A DNA stretch of 64,000 nucleotides, from positions 9,382,064-9,446,063 of the forward strand of contig JAHRHZ010000088.1 in NCBI GenBank assembly GCA_024137785.1, in the 5' to 3' direction. The translations under genes and the position numbers were made by a program. This DNA comes from Ginglymostoma cirratum. Taxonomy: Eukaryota. Below are positions 37,961 to 50,397 of the stretch, in pieces (the first letter of the stretch is position 1; each line of letters begins with the position of its first letter). The notes below the pieces were generated by a model, which saw only the letters and a program-made list of their open reading frames with translations, searched no databases and was not told the DNA's origin.

Positions 37961-39322
37961 GCTTCATATAAGAATCTTGTAATGTGAGACTGTAAAGCTA
38001 TTGTGTGTTATCTCTTGCAGTAATAGTATTGGTAGTATGAGGGAGCCTGATCACAGCCACACTAGCTCATTTTCTCATCTAACATCCACACTTGTATAGT
38101 TTCCCATTGAATCATGAACAGAAACATTGACTAGAGTTTTTTAAAGAAGTTCTCTTGTCCTTTCTCCATTGACCTCATTGACCCAAGTACCATATTTATT
38201 GTATTCAGGAGGGAGATTGTCATTGTTTGCCCAGATGGAATCTTCCCAGGCCTGCTGAAGCAGCTTTGCCAGTAGGACCGGAAGGAATAGTAGGGTTTTA
38301 GAATGGCCTGGTTTCAGATCAGTGGCCTGTGAGTTCCCAAGTCTGGCTGATCTTGGCAGATGCAGTGTAAAAGTGGCGAGGCACTCTGCCTTGACAGATA
38401 ACCACATTGCACATTTAAATAGACAGTTTGGGGATGTCACTATCATTTTCCCAGTTGTAATAGGACCTCAACTGAGGCCAAAGCGTGACAGGCACTTGGA
38501 GGTGATTTCCTGTGGCCCAGCACGGGTTGGGAGCCACAAGCTTTCCCTTCCATAGTGACCTTGTAGTTGTGGCCCCCTGCTTAAATTTTATAGATGGGAA
38601 TGCCTCCAGGGAATATCTCAAGATGCCCCCCTCCTACAGCAGCAGTGCTGACTTCAGGAAGGTGAGGCCTCTGTCCCTTCAAGTTTACAGGCCCTTTGAA
38701 AGGACCTAAAAAGGCCTACTCTCTCAGGAACAGGGCGACTATCCTTAGTTAGATTATAGGCACCGAAGCAGCCAGTTAGGATACTGTCTGCTCAAAGGTC
38801 ATGTCCTGCCGACAAGTGCAAGGTTGGGACTCAGAAATAGTCCACACCCGCATTAATTTGAAAAGAACTTATGATTCAGTCATCATGAGTGATTTGCAGA
38901 TAATGTAGTTTTTTTTTAATATTTCAGGGGTCTTAGTTGTATATTGAATAGGATTCATCTTAGCCAGGGCTGGGGGAGGGGGTACAGGTTAGATGAAGTA
39001 AAGAGACTTTTGTTAATTCTGCTCACTTCTATTTTTATCTTTGTGCTTGGTGGAATTTGAGGTTGAGGTTTTATACCTTGAAGCAAAGCATTTGATAGAT
39101 ATTGTAGAAATCTCCAGAAATGTGTGCATTTGATTTTTGTCAACGGCTTGCAGATTTTTATGTTAAAGTGAGTGGTCAACCCAGTTGTGAAATATGCAGC
39201 AAAAATAAACTTTAACTGATAAATTAGACAGTTTCAAAAGTATTTAACTTAAAATCTTTGTATCAGTTTTCTTTCCATCAGCTTTATTAATTCATTGATC
39301 TAGATTATTTTTTCTCTTGCAG

Positions 39323-39349
39323 GCACAGTACGGAAACTACCAGCAATAG
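39323..39349 (+). CDS. SS18L1: Terminal coding exon of SS18L1 (CREST, nBAF subunit): AQYGNYQQ*
   Basis: Strong acceptor TTATTTTTTCTCTTGCAG, then GCA CAG TAC GGA AAC TAC CAG CAA TAG, matching the SS18/SS18L1 C-terminus (GQYGNYQQ*). The paralog was chosen because SS18L1 lies directly upstream of MTG2 on the same strand in human. Too short for the ORF track. Confidence 0.85.
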   Translation, partial: AQYGNYQQ

Positions 39350-42300
39350 GAAACAGCTGATTGCCATCTCTGAATCAGTCATGTATGCACAACATCCTTC
39401 ATTGATTTTTACAGACTAAAATGAAGCATGGACTGTCATATTTCATTTTTAAGAGGTAGCTCAAAGCAGCTTCTGGATGTTGTAGAAATTTTCATTCTTT
39501 TCATGGTGAATAGTAACATTGCACTACCAATGACAAGCCAATGCGTATTAGTTTTAGACTTGGTGCTGTGAATATTGTACGTTTTAAACTGTTGCACTGT
39601 TGTACAATTGCATCTGTTTGTTAATAGGATTGCAACCTAATACTAGTGCACTTCCACCGTGGAAACACAAGATGGTTGGTTTTATAAGTTTGTAGGTGCT
39701 CTCTAAAGCAGTGAATTGTCCTGTGGATTTAAGCACCTGTGTGTTTATACTAAACTTTGCACTATTTTTTTTTCTTCCACATTAAATGCAGCAACCAAGT
39801 ATTGGAAAAAGATCACTAAAAAATTCACTTGTGTTTTCAGTAAGGTCTAATAGGAATGCAACATGTAAAGTTGCACATTGAGGAAGTACATTGTCACCTT
39901 GATCCTAAAGCATAGATAAATTATATTCAAATGAGGAATTAATTGTCAGAGGTAGTTGCTGTGGTGCATTTGATTTCTATAAGGGAGGCAGTCAATTCTA
40001 TGTCAATTCTTATTGCTTGTTCACAGATTGATGTCCATAATTCCTCACCATTTTTCTGAACAAATGAAATGCTGCATATGAATGACTATCACTTGAATCA
40101 GGTGAAAGTGGTATAGAGGTCAATACTTTGAGAGTTATATGGCTTGATAATAATGGGGTCATCCAAAGGAAAGTATAAAGTGTTGACTAGTGGTACACTT
40201 TCACAGTTTTTTTTATTGTGCTCTTAATGAGAGTGATGTGTATGTGAAATAATATTAATAATAGAAAAGCAATTCTTTTGTTCTAATTTGGTGTCCGCAA
40301 AATGTTGCCTCAAAAATGATTTTTAAAAATACGACCAGAAACAGTTGTGTCTAATAACTTTGTATTTATGAGTGCAATTGCTGCATAACTGAGTATTGAA
40401 AATATTATATATCAATATGAACAGATAATATCAGTGAACCCATAGTGAATTCTATGTTTAAGCTCTAAAATTAGTTCTCATGCTAACAGCCATTTTTCAG
40501 GAATTTTTCAGTAGATAGGGAATCAATTTTGATATATTTTATGTTTTTGTGGTTTACCTTTGGTAGCAACTTGTCTTCATTCAGCACCTGTTCAGACTTA
40601 GTACAGGTCTAGGGATGGCAGTATTTTGAGATTAGAAACAAAGCCTTGCTGCAGATGGCATGGTGGCCAAATGGTTATAACACTGACTGTCTTCCATCAG
40701 AAGACCACCACCTTGAGTTCCAAGTTGAATGCTGTCTGTATGAGTTCTATCACTTGCTTGTTGGGCTTTAGGCAAAGTGGGCTGCAGCTATTAATCAGCC
40801 CACACTAATTTGAGCAAAGGACTACTTGTGCTTATAACAGAGAAGTGTTGGCAACAATTAGAAAGAAAACAGTAAACTGGACCATACTATCTACCAACAA
40901 TAGGGTTCAGGAAACCTCGTGTGTGATGGAGGGGTGGGGATATATTGGAGACATTTGGAGTACAGTTCCAGAAGTATTACAATAAATGTGTTACATTTAC
41001 ATTCATTATTGATTATCAATTTAACCAGAAAAGTGTGTTCTTTGTTCTAAAAACTATTCGAGAAAATGATTCTAAAACACACAGTCCAAAGTCAACCATT
41101 TTGTGTAAATATTAAAAACATTCCAGAGTGCACCAGCTTGTCCACTGTGGGAATGTAAGGACACGTAATTTATTGAGCACTGATGATTACACCGTTTGCT
41201 GTAAGATTTGTATTTGTGTACAATCACATGAACATTTTGCATTTCATTTGCCAATTTTTTTTTGGTCTTGCTGTTAAACAGCCAAATAGCTGAAATACAG
41301 ATTGTACTGTGACAATCATCTGCTTGTTTTCAAGAAACAAAAAACTTGAGATTTTAGTATATTGAATTTTTTTTATGAAACTTGTTGTAATGTTATATGT
41401 TAAGTCTTTAACTTCTCATCATTATCTAAAAACACTAAATGTTGAGTAAATGTGTGTGCATCTCTATTAATGGAGGCAACTGCTGTTTGAATTTAGTGAC
41501 CAAAAGAAGTTGAAGTTGTTGTAAGTACAAGTGAGTTGAATTGTCTTGCCTGTACTGGACATTGTATGTTGCTACTTAAAGTTGTTACATTCTAATTTTA
41601 AGAGGAATCTAATAAATCATTGAGTTAAATATATTTTTAATGTGCAGTTCACATCCAAATATCCTTCAAGTAGGATTGTTTGTATTATCCTTTGCAAAAC
41701 AAGACTAATAATGTCTCAAAATTATGAAGTGATGATTGGTTAGCTTTCTATAAGGAGGGGAGGCTTGAAAAAGTCTGCAGGTAACAAGGAGTTGGAGTGG
41801 ATAATCATTAGTTTTAATGGTAGTTTTATTTTATGCCAGTTGATGTTCTGAATGCATGCTTTGGTTCAAGGATAACTATTTCATGTGTAGCAGACTAGAT
41901 ATTCCACGCTACAGCAGTAAACTTTCAGAATATTTACCCAATGCTCCAAAAAGAACTAATTCTGAAATATCAGGAATTGATATGTTCTTAACTGACTTGA
42001 GCTGAGAAATCCATTTGGTTTTGTTGAGTGATGTCCATGGTTCCAAGATGACACATTCTGAAATTGAATTCTACCACTTGAGCAATTTGACCAGCACCAC
42101 AAAAAGTATCTCTCCACAAAACTTCTGCTGGTTTGTCATTTTAAAAATCTGACTGCTTCATTAATGTTCTTCATTCAAGGGAAGCTGCAACCCCGACCTG
42201 TGACAGTTCCACATGATTGACTCACAAAACCTCAGACCAATTGGGTTGAGCAATAAATGCTGCTTTTCCAAAGTTACCCTCTTCCAGAGACTAAATAAAA

Positions 42301-43170
42301 GCATAATTAACAGGGTCAAGCATTCTAAACAGTGGATACTTGTTTAATCTCCACCTAAATGTGAAAAAAAAATCAACATTTTATGACATGGGGAAAGTTA
42401 CAATTATTTTCTTAAACAAATGATGCCTTGAGAAATCTAATGGTCTCTGTTTTGTTTGGTTGAATAGCAGGTTGCAATATGCCTTGGTTGGTTATTCACT
42501 TGCATTGCGCAATAGATCTCTGTTATCACTCATTTCCTGACAGAAAGTATTTGAAAACTTCAGTTTATTGTCTATTTTCAAACTATAATTGCACACAATC
42601 TTGTGGCACGGTGAGTTCATTCTGATTGATTCTAAGTAGAATCTATGGCTGCCGTGTTCTTCTCTCTAATAAAAATTCACCTCCACAACTCGTTGTTTAC
42701 AATTCAGATTATTAAACCCCAGAATCATTGTTATTGCTCCTCTTTCTTCATTTTAAAGACATAGTACTGTATACTGCACACACGTTTCATATATGGCCTT
42801 GCCTATGATCTGTACAAAGTTGGAGTTCCTTGTTTTAACATATATATGTGTGCACCTCAGTACTTGATTAGCCTTGAATATGAAAGTGAACAAAAAAAAG
42901 TTGGCTAAATAATCTCTGCTGTATAAGGTTACTCTTCACTTTTAATTTGGCGTAGAAGAGGTCTGTGTATTTATATAGCATGTGTGCAAGCTGCCTTCCA
43001 TAAAGAAATTATGGCTACCACGATAAAAACAAATACTATACCTTAACAGTATAAAGTTGTTGTAAAATGTCAATGTATAAAATACTGTCACACCTTGATC
43101 ATGCCAAAAACATTTGTTTGTAGTAATGTAGATTTGAGTTTGCAATAAAATTATTTAGAAAATTTATATT
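39350..43170 (+). other. SS18L1: SS18L1 3' UTR (~3.8 kb, AU-rich, repeat-poor)
   Basis: Follows the stop codon; few TE remnants; AATAAA at 41611 and 43144, the latter followed by U/GU-rich sequence. Confidence 0.6.
43144..43149 (+). terminator. Candidate distal polyadenylation signal
   Basis: AATAAA with TGTA motifs upstream and a GTTGGGTTTGGGGTT downstream element; TE density rises again after it. Confidence 0.5.
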
Positions 43171-43667
43171 TGTATATTCAGTTGGGTTTGGGGTTATCAC
43201 TGATCTACATTTGAACTGCACAGACTGTTTTTTTAATTAGCTTTTGGAAAGCCATGGTCTTAGGTTTTTGGCATCTAGACTATAGAAGAATTACTGCCAG
43301 CTTGAGTGATTGATAAATTAGAGGCGTGTCAACAACAAATGCCATTATTAACATGCAAATTGGCCAGCAAGTTTGGGAATTGGGCGATACATTTTGAGGT
43401 AAGAACCTTAAAAGGTTGTGGTGGATTTTTCTAAATTAATTCATGGGAAGTGAACATCTGGTCAACATTTGTTGCTCATTTCTAATTACCCTTGAGAGGC
43501 TGGTGGCGAGCATCCTTGACCGGATGCACTCCATCTGCTATAAGCACACCCAGGCCATTCCACTGTTTTCCACAAAGGAATGACATCTTCCCCTCACCAT
43601 TGCTGTTATTTTTAAGAACTTACTGAATTGGTATGCTCACTTGACTGAACTAATAAAAACAATTATA

Positions 43668-44090
43668 GAGTTACACGGCACAGAAACAGACCCTTCGGTC
43701 CAACTCCTCCATGCTGACCAGGTATCCTAAACTGAACCACTTCCGTTTGCCTGATTTTGGTCATATCCCTCTAAACTCTTCCAATTTATGTACCTGTCCA
43801 AATGTCTTTTAAATATTATAATTGTACCTGCCTCTACCCCTTCCTTTGGCAGCTCTTTCCATACATGCACCACCGTCTGTTTAAAGAAGTTGATCCTCAA
43901 GTCCCTTTTAAATCTTTCCCCTCTTACTTAGACCTATGCTAGTTTTAGATTCTAGTTTTGGCATCCGCTATCCTTGGAAGAAGATTTTGGCTATTTACCT
44001 TATCTGTGCTCCTCATGGTTTTATAACCCTCTATAAGGCCCCCCTTCAGCCTCTGACACCCCATGGAAAAAATGTCCCAGCCTCCCATTA
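43668..44090 (-). mobile_element. CR1 3' end
   Basis: Reverse complement of the CR1 tail seen at 46850-47108. Confidence 0.8.
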
Positions 44091-44289
44091 TTGAGAGTAT
44101 CTTTAATTCAACACCTATTTTCATATTTTAAACCATTTAAATTTTTCCAAATTCACCTTGAATAATAAATAAGATAATAATAAACATAAATAAGGTAATA
44201 AATTCACCTTGACATTTAGTACCCTCAATGTAAAGAACGTCTTACCTTGCCTTTTTGTCTTTTTTCATATCTGTTAGTGAAATATTCCC

Positions 44290-44435
44290 TTCAAGTTCTG
44301 AGGAACGGACACTGGAACTGAAACACCAACATTGCTTTCTCTCCACAGATGCTGCCAGACCTGCTAAGTTTTTCCAGCAATTTCTGTATTTGTTTCAGAT
44401 GTTCTGTATCATAATTTTTTTTTCTTTACTTATTT
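44290..44435 (+). mobile_element. Penelope-type element with degenerate hammerhead
   Basis: CTGAGGAACGGACACTGGAACTGAAAC ... CTCTCCACAGATGCTGCCAGACCTGCTAAGTTTTTCCAGC. Confidence 0.7.
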
Positions 44436-44961
44436 AAATTTCTTTCGTTCTTCCTGATTTGATCTAATTCACCCCTTCTCTGTTGTTTCTCAAGTTCTCT
44501 TTCTACGCTTAACTCTTATTTTAAGGAATACATTGTTAGTCCAATCATTCAGTCAGGTCCATAAGCCCTGTTGTCCTCATCATGCTGGTATGAGCTCACA
44601 GAAACATTTCCAAACTGAAGGGAGCAGAGAGAGGTCTAACTGGCCATACTATGAGGTAACCCACTGCAGCAAGAACCCATTGTTTTGAAACTCCCATTTA
44701 TGTCAGTGTTTTTTCCTAAATGTATGACCGTCTAATGAATTGCTAACTGCTTTATTTAAAATGAATACTGCATTTTACTTTAATTTGGAATTTTGTGAAA
44801 TTGCGCAGTAGACCTCTGTTTCAGGGTTCTCCAATGTAGGTGAGTGAAAGGGTAGCTCTCATAACTGGAGCAACTGCTCACATCCTTGTCGATGTGACCA
44901 GCAGTTACCACGTTTCTCTGATGCACTGTGCCTGTAACGATCAGAAGCACTGCCTGTTAAT

Positions 44962-45347
44962 GTGGGGCGTGGTCAGAAGGCACCACATCCCCTTCTCTGG
45001 GGTGTGACCATTATTATTACCCTCTCTTCCCCCCACCCAACCCTTGGGTGTGGCCACCAAGACGCCCTGTACATATCCCTGTGATCACGGCTGTTAATCT
45101 CCTGGGCTCTGGGAGTGTGGCCATTATTATCCCATGCTGTTTCATTGGAGGCGAGGTCACCAGACACCACACCTCTCTCCATGGATGGGGCATGGCCAAT
45201 ATCTTCCCCCTTCCCCCTGTCCTTGTGGATGTGGTCATCCGACGCCTCCTCCCCCTGGGGGAAGCAGTTATCACTATCCCTGTCCCATGCCCTTTGGTGC
45301 TGTGGCCATCAAGACATCCTACCCCTACCCCTATCCCTGTGGTCATG
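44962..45347 (+). repeat. Degenerate ~30-45-bp GC/GT-box repeat array, distal half
   Basis: Recurrent GGGGCGTGGTCA / GGTGTGACCA / GGTGTGGCCA / TGTGGTCA units, each followed by a C-rich spacer. Confidence 0.65.
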
Positions 45348-47108
45348 ACAAATGCATTAAGAGCAAGAGGGTAACTAGAGAGAGATTAGGACCTCTTAAA
45401 GATCAAGGAAGTGTTCAACCCCAGGAGATGGGAGAGATACTAAAGGAATATTTACTGTGGAGAAAGAAATTGAGTCTAGAGAATGCAGAGAAATAAACTC
45501 TGATATTTTAAAAACAGTTCACATTACAGAAGAGGAAGTTCGGGAGATCTTAGAGATTATAAAGGTGGATAAATCTCTGGGACCTGATCTACTGTATCCC
45601 AGAACATGTGGTAAGTAAGGGAGGAAATTGCGAGACCCCTTGCATAAATATTTGCATCATCTATAACTACGAGTGAGGTGTCTGATGACTGGAGGGTAGC
45701 TAATGTTGTACCTTTGTTTAAGAAAGGTGTAAAATCAAATCGGGAAACTGTAGACCTGTGAGTCTGACTTCAGTTGTGGGTAAATTGTTGGAGGTGATTA
45801 TAAAAGATGGGATTTATAGACATTTAGAGAGGCACAAATTGATTGGGGATAGTCAGCATAGTTTTGTGCGAGGCAGATTGTACCTCACAAACTTGACAGA
45901 GGTTTTTTGAGGAAATTCCCAAGAAAATCGATGATGGCAGAGCAGTAGATGTTGTTTATTTGGATTTCAATAAAGCCTTTGACAAGGTTCTGCAAGGTAG
46001 ACTAGTTAGTAAAGTTAGGTCACATGGCACTCAGGGTGAGCTTGCCAGTTGGATACATAATTGGCTTAACGGCAGGAGACAGAGAGTAATAGTGGAGGGT
46101 TGCCTGTTGGACTGGAGGCATGTGACCAGCAGTGTTCCACTGGGATGGATCTGGGTCCTTTATTGTTTGTCATTTCTATAAATGATTTGGATGAGAATAT
46201 AGAAGGCATGGTTAGTAATTTTGCGGACGACACCAAAATTGGTAACATTGTAGACAGTGAAGAAGGTTTTCTGAGATTACAAAGGGATCTTGATCAAATG
46301 AGTCAATGGACTGAGAAATGGCAGATGGCCTTCAATATAGATAAATGTGAGGTATTACATTTGGGTACAAAAAACAAATGTAGGGCTTATACAATTAATG
46401 GTAGGGCCTTGAGTAGTGTTATGGAACAGAGGGAACTCGGGGTGCAGGTACATAATACTTTGAAGTTTGTGTCACATATCAACAAGGTAGTTAAAAAGGT
46501 GTTTGGCACGCTTTCCTTCATTGCTCAGTCCTTTTGAGTGTAGGAGTTGGGAAATGATGTTGAAGTTGTACAGGACATTGGCGAGGCATCTTCTGGATAC
46601 TGTGTCCAGTTCTGGTCGCCCAGTTATAGGAAGGATATTTATCAAGCGAGAGTGGGTTCAGAAGAGATTTACCAAGATGTTGCCAGGAATGGGAGGTTTG
46701 AGTTATAATGAAATGCTGGATAGGCTGGGACTTTTTCACTGGAGTGCAGGATGTTTAGGAGTGACCTGATAGAAGTTTATGTATACCTCTCATTATTTTA
46801 TAGAGTTAATAGTAATGTTTTTTCCCTAGGATGGTGCTTTCAAGACCAGGGGCCACATTTTTAAGGTGAGAGGAGACAAAATTAAAAAAGACGTGGGGCA
46901 AATGTTTTTGCACAGAAGGTGGTTCCTGAGGAAGTGATGGATGCGGGTACGATTACGACATTTAAAAGACATTTGAATAAGTATATAAATAGGAAGGGTT
47001 TGGAGGGATAATGGGCCAAGTGCAGGCAGGTGGAGCTAGTTTAGTTTAGAATTATGGTTGGTATGCACTGGTGGGACCAAGGGATCTGTTTCCACGCTGT
47101 ATCACTCT
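45348..47108 (+). mobile_element. Relatively well-preserved 5'-truncated CR1 ORF2 plus 3' tail, directly upstream of the MTG2 promoter
   Basis: DFNKAFDKVLQGRL, LGPLLFVISINDLDENIEGMVSNFADDTKIG, WQMAFNIDKCEVLHLG; tail GGGATCTGTTTCCACGCTGTATCACTCT. Confidence 0.93.
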
Positions 47109-47305
47109 GCGGCGGCCTTTCTGGGCTCCGGGGGTGTGGCTATGGCCCCCCAGGGGGTGTGGCAATCAGACATCCCTCCTCTAACCCTGTGGACACGTTT
47201 CGCCCTGGGGGCGTGACCATGGTCGTCTCCGCCACGCCCCCACGCCGCGCGCTTGGGGGTGTGACCACAGCAGTCACGCCCACTTCGTTTGTGTGCCCGC
47301 GGGAG
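47109..47305 (+). promoter_or_regulatory. MTG2: MTG2 CpG-rich promoter and probable first exon (donor GAG|GTGAGT at 47305/47306)
   Basis: The most CpG-dense patch in the window; Sp/KLF boxes GGGGTGTGGC x2, GGGGCGTGAC, GCCACGCCCC, TCACGCCCAC; consensus donor site. Exact TSS unknown. Confidence 0.7.
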
Positions 47306-47564
47306 GTGAGTATTTTGGGGGCCGGAGAGTGAGCTGGGTTTGGTTTATGAGTTGTGTTCCTTTCCCATCCGGGCCTGGGCGCCTTCTTTCAGCCGCAAGT
47401 AGAAAGGCCTGCTCTCTGCTGATGATATCCACTTTAGAGCAACAGGCCGCATGTGAATCCCCGGACTCACGTTATGAGCACACCCGGCTGTAGGCCTCAT
47501 TGCGGCTCTGGTGGGGGTAGATGTGACAAAGGGGCCATCACTGCACTGATTATCAAAATACTCA

Positions 47565-47695
47565 GTTGATTCTGAAGAATTATATTGGACTCGAAATGTT
47601 AACATACTCCACAGAGGCTGCCAGACCCGCTGGGTTTTCCCGGCATTTTTTGTTTTTATTTCAGCTCTACAGCAACCACTGTATTTTACTTGATT
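47565..47695 (+). mobile_element. Penelope-type element with degenerate hammerhead (MTG2 intron 1)
   Basis: CTGAAGAATTATATTGGACTCGAAATGTTAAC...CTCCACAGAGGCTGCCAGACCCGCTG. Confidence 0.7.
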
Positions 47696-48456
47696 CTTAG
47701 TCAGAAATATCCAAGCTTTACACAGGTTTAAAATAATTCTGGAATATGTTTTTAATCCTGAAACGTTTATTTCAGAAGTTTTTTTTGTTTTATTAAGAAG
47801 AATAAGATTCTATCTTTTAATCTACAGAAGTATGAAGGAGGAAAGACCTGTACTTAAATAGTTCCCTGTTAAAGCAATTGACACAGTCATCCGAATGGCT
47901 ATTTGTAATTGTAAGAAATTGAAATTGGGCAGAAAAAGACTAGATTTCGTGTATTGACCTTTAGTTAATCATTTGGTGGATAAGAGGCCTTTACAGAAGC
48001 AAACGTGTTTTGGATGATCAAGTAATGTCAGCTGGTGAATCTACTTGTCACTCAACAGGCTTGTTGAAAACACTTTAAAACTTTGAACTTAAAAAGCTGT
48101 TGTTGAAAGTGATGAAGTTAATCGTTTGCTACACAAAACAGTTGAAATGGCAAACAGCACTTAGCCCACCAAGTTCACCTTTTTTTTTCAATAAACTGTG
48201 GCTCACTGGATTTTTAAACACCTGCTTTCACATATCACAATATTTAGCACTGGAATGAGGTGAACATAGCCCAGGTGATCAGATGTCTGCCAGAGGTTAC
48301 CTACAGGTTGATGTCTGGAATTCTTACAGTGGCAAGTCTTGCAAAATGATTGCCTCTGTTAAATGCACGGTATATTCAAATCTTACAAAATCACCACTGG
48401 CTGTTTTGTCATCTTCAGCCCTGCAAATTTCTCAGATTTCTGCACTGCTCCAATTT

Positions 48457-48770
48457 ATAGAATCTTACAGTACATCAGAGGTCATTCGGCCCATCGAGTC
48501 TGTACTGCCAAAGATGTACTAATAATACATTAGTCCCACTTTCCTACACTCGGCCCATAGCCTCGAATGTTATGAGACTTCAAGTGTTCATCCAAGTACT
48601 TTTTAAAGGTTATGAGGTTTTCTGCCTCAACTATCCTCCCAGTACTTTCCAGAACCCCACCACCTTTGAGTGAAAATATTTTCCTCAAATCCTCTCTGAA
48701 TTTTCTGTCTTTCACTTAAAATTACGCCTCCTTGTTCTTAACCCTTCAACTGAGGGGAATTCTGGCCTTG
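48457..48770 (-). mobile_element. CR1 3' end
   Basis: ORF 48530-48715 reads KFREDLRKIFS...FKKYLDEHL...GYGPSVGKWD. Confidence 0.8.
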
Positions 48771-49128
48771 TACATCTCTAATATCCTTTGTTCCATCATT
48801 GGCAATCTTGCATATAACAGCCTTAATCCAAAGCTGTTGAATTGTTCTCTGAACCTTTGCACATCTTTAAGATATCCCTTAAAACTTGTTGATCAAGCTT
48901 TTACTTATTTGTCTAATGTCTACTTTTGTGCCTTGAATTTTGTTTGAAAATACTTATGAAGTACTTAGTGACTCGTAACATATTAGAAGTACAATATAAA
49001 TAAAATTGTTGTTGATTTGTTATTTTTAAATTTATGTTTGTCACCCTGTCTGTCCTTATGACAAACCCTGTCACTCAGAAAGTTGGTTCCACTGCAGACT
49101 CCCATAGAAGGTGTTTGGTTATGTCGAC

Positions 49129-49257
49129 ATGTGGCATGTAATCTGTTGGTATATTTTCAAGCCAACAACACCGGTACGAAGATTCTCCATAAGTTGTTTG
49201 AAATATGCCAAAGCTCGAGGCCTCAGGAAGAAGAAAGAGCTTTCTGAAAAGAAACTG
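49129..49257 (+). CDS. MTG2: MTG2 coding exon 1 (mitochondrial presequence): MWHVICWYIFKPTTPVRRFSISCLKYAKARGLRKKKELSEKKL
   Basis: Ends in the conserved LSEKKL with phase-0 donor GTAATA; basic N-terminus with an R-x-F-x-x-S processing motif; in-frame genomic stop at 49105. The start codon is less certain than the 3' end. Confidence 0.8.
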
Positions 49258-50249
49258 GTAATATTAATCAGACTTCTTTCTTAAAATCTTCAGATGTCTT
49301 TGTAACTTTGAAAGACATGCATTTATAAGATAGGAAAAGGAATTGTATTAGCTGTATAATGGCTAAGAATGTTCATTGATTCTGTAGCCAGCAGCAGCTG
49401 AATGATGGTAGCTATTTATTACAATTAAACCTGTTCACAGATTCAATGTGAAGATTTGTGCTGGAATTTGTGGTTGTCAGAGAAACCAGCAGCGTGATAT
49501 TCTCTTCAATGGACATTGGATCTGTGTCTCTTTAACTAATCAAATTGAACAATACTTACTGAAACACGCAGAGTCTAAACAGGTAAATTTAGGTTAGTTA
49601 ATGTTGAATAATGTGCATACAACAAAGTAAAGGTAGGAAAAAGTAGTGGATTAAACAAAATCTGAACAAATAAGACTTCACACTTAACTTTCAGTGCCAA
49701 AGAAGTTGCTTGGTGGATTTATGATGCTGTTCAATTTGATTGGAAAAGCACAAAGTCTTCTTTTTCTAGTATGCTTATTAGATTCTAGTGGCTAAGTTCT
49801 ACAACTGCATGCCCTTTCATGTGTTTGAAAATCAAGTCTCTCAGAGAAGTACCAGTGTAGCTTGGCTTCAAACATGAACAGGGCAACCCTGAAAGCAATT
49901 TCCTGATTTTTAGCAATTTAATTGTGCGCTATAAAAGCTGGAAATTGCTCTCTTATTTACTCTTTAATCACAGTGAGTGCTATAACCGCACCATTTTTAT
50001 TACCACAAAACCCAGGGCATTGTTTATAGTGCTCTCTATGATCAAAATCATGAATTACCAATAAATGTGGGTGTCCACAGTCCCATAAATGTATGTACAT
50101 AAAGTTCTCTTATAAAAAGGAAGGCTATTTTTGATATCTTTTAAGGGAATTTATACATATGGTTAGTTTACTTCCTTTTAAGGAGGAGCTTTTTTCTAAA
50201 ATACTGGGATTATAACATAATTTATAGCCATAAATTTTTTATCATTTAG

Positions 50250-50397
50250 ACCCGTTACTTTGTGGATCATCGGAAAGTCACTGCATATGGAGGGAGAGGT
50301 GGTGATGGAATATGCACCTTCCACAGTGAGCCCCGCAAAGAGTTTGGAGGACCTGATGGTGGAAACGGAGGGGATGGAGGACATGTCATTTTAAAAG
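50250..50397 (+). CDS. MTG2: MTG2 coding exon 2 (Obg glycine-rich fold)
   Basis: TRYFVDHRKVTAYGGRGGDGICTFHSEPRKEFGGPDGGNGGDGGHVILK; TAG acceptor, GTAAAA donor; 148 nt. Confidence 0.97.

Noticed and set aside
44962-45347. Repeat-spacer-like array superficially resembling CRISPR, with several overlapping ORFs
   Set aside because: Units are degenerate and variable, the context is vertebrate with no cas genes, and the ORFs reflect GC-rich low complexity.
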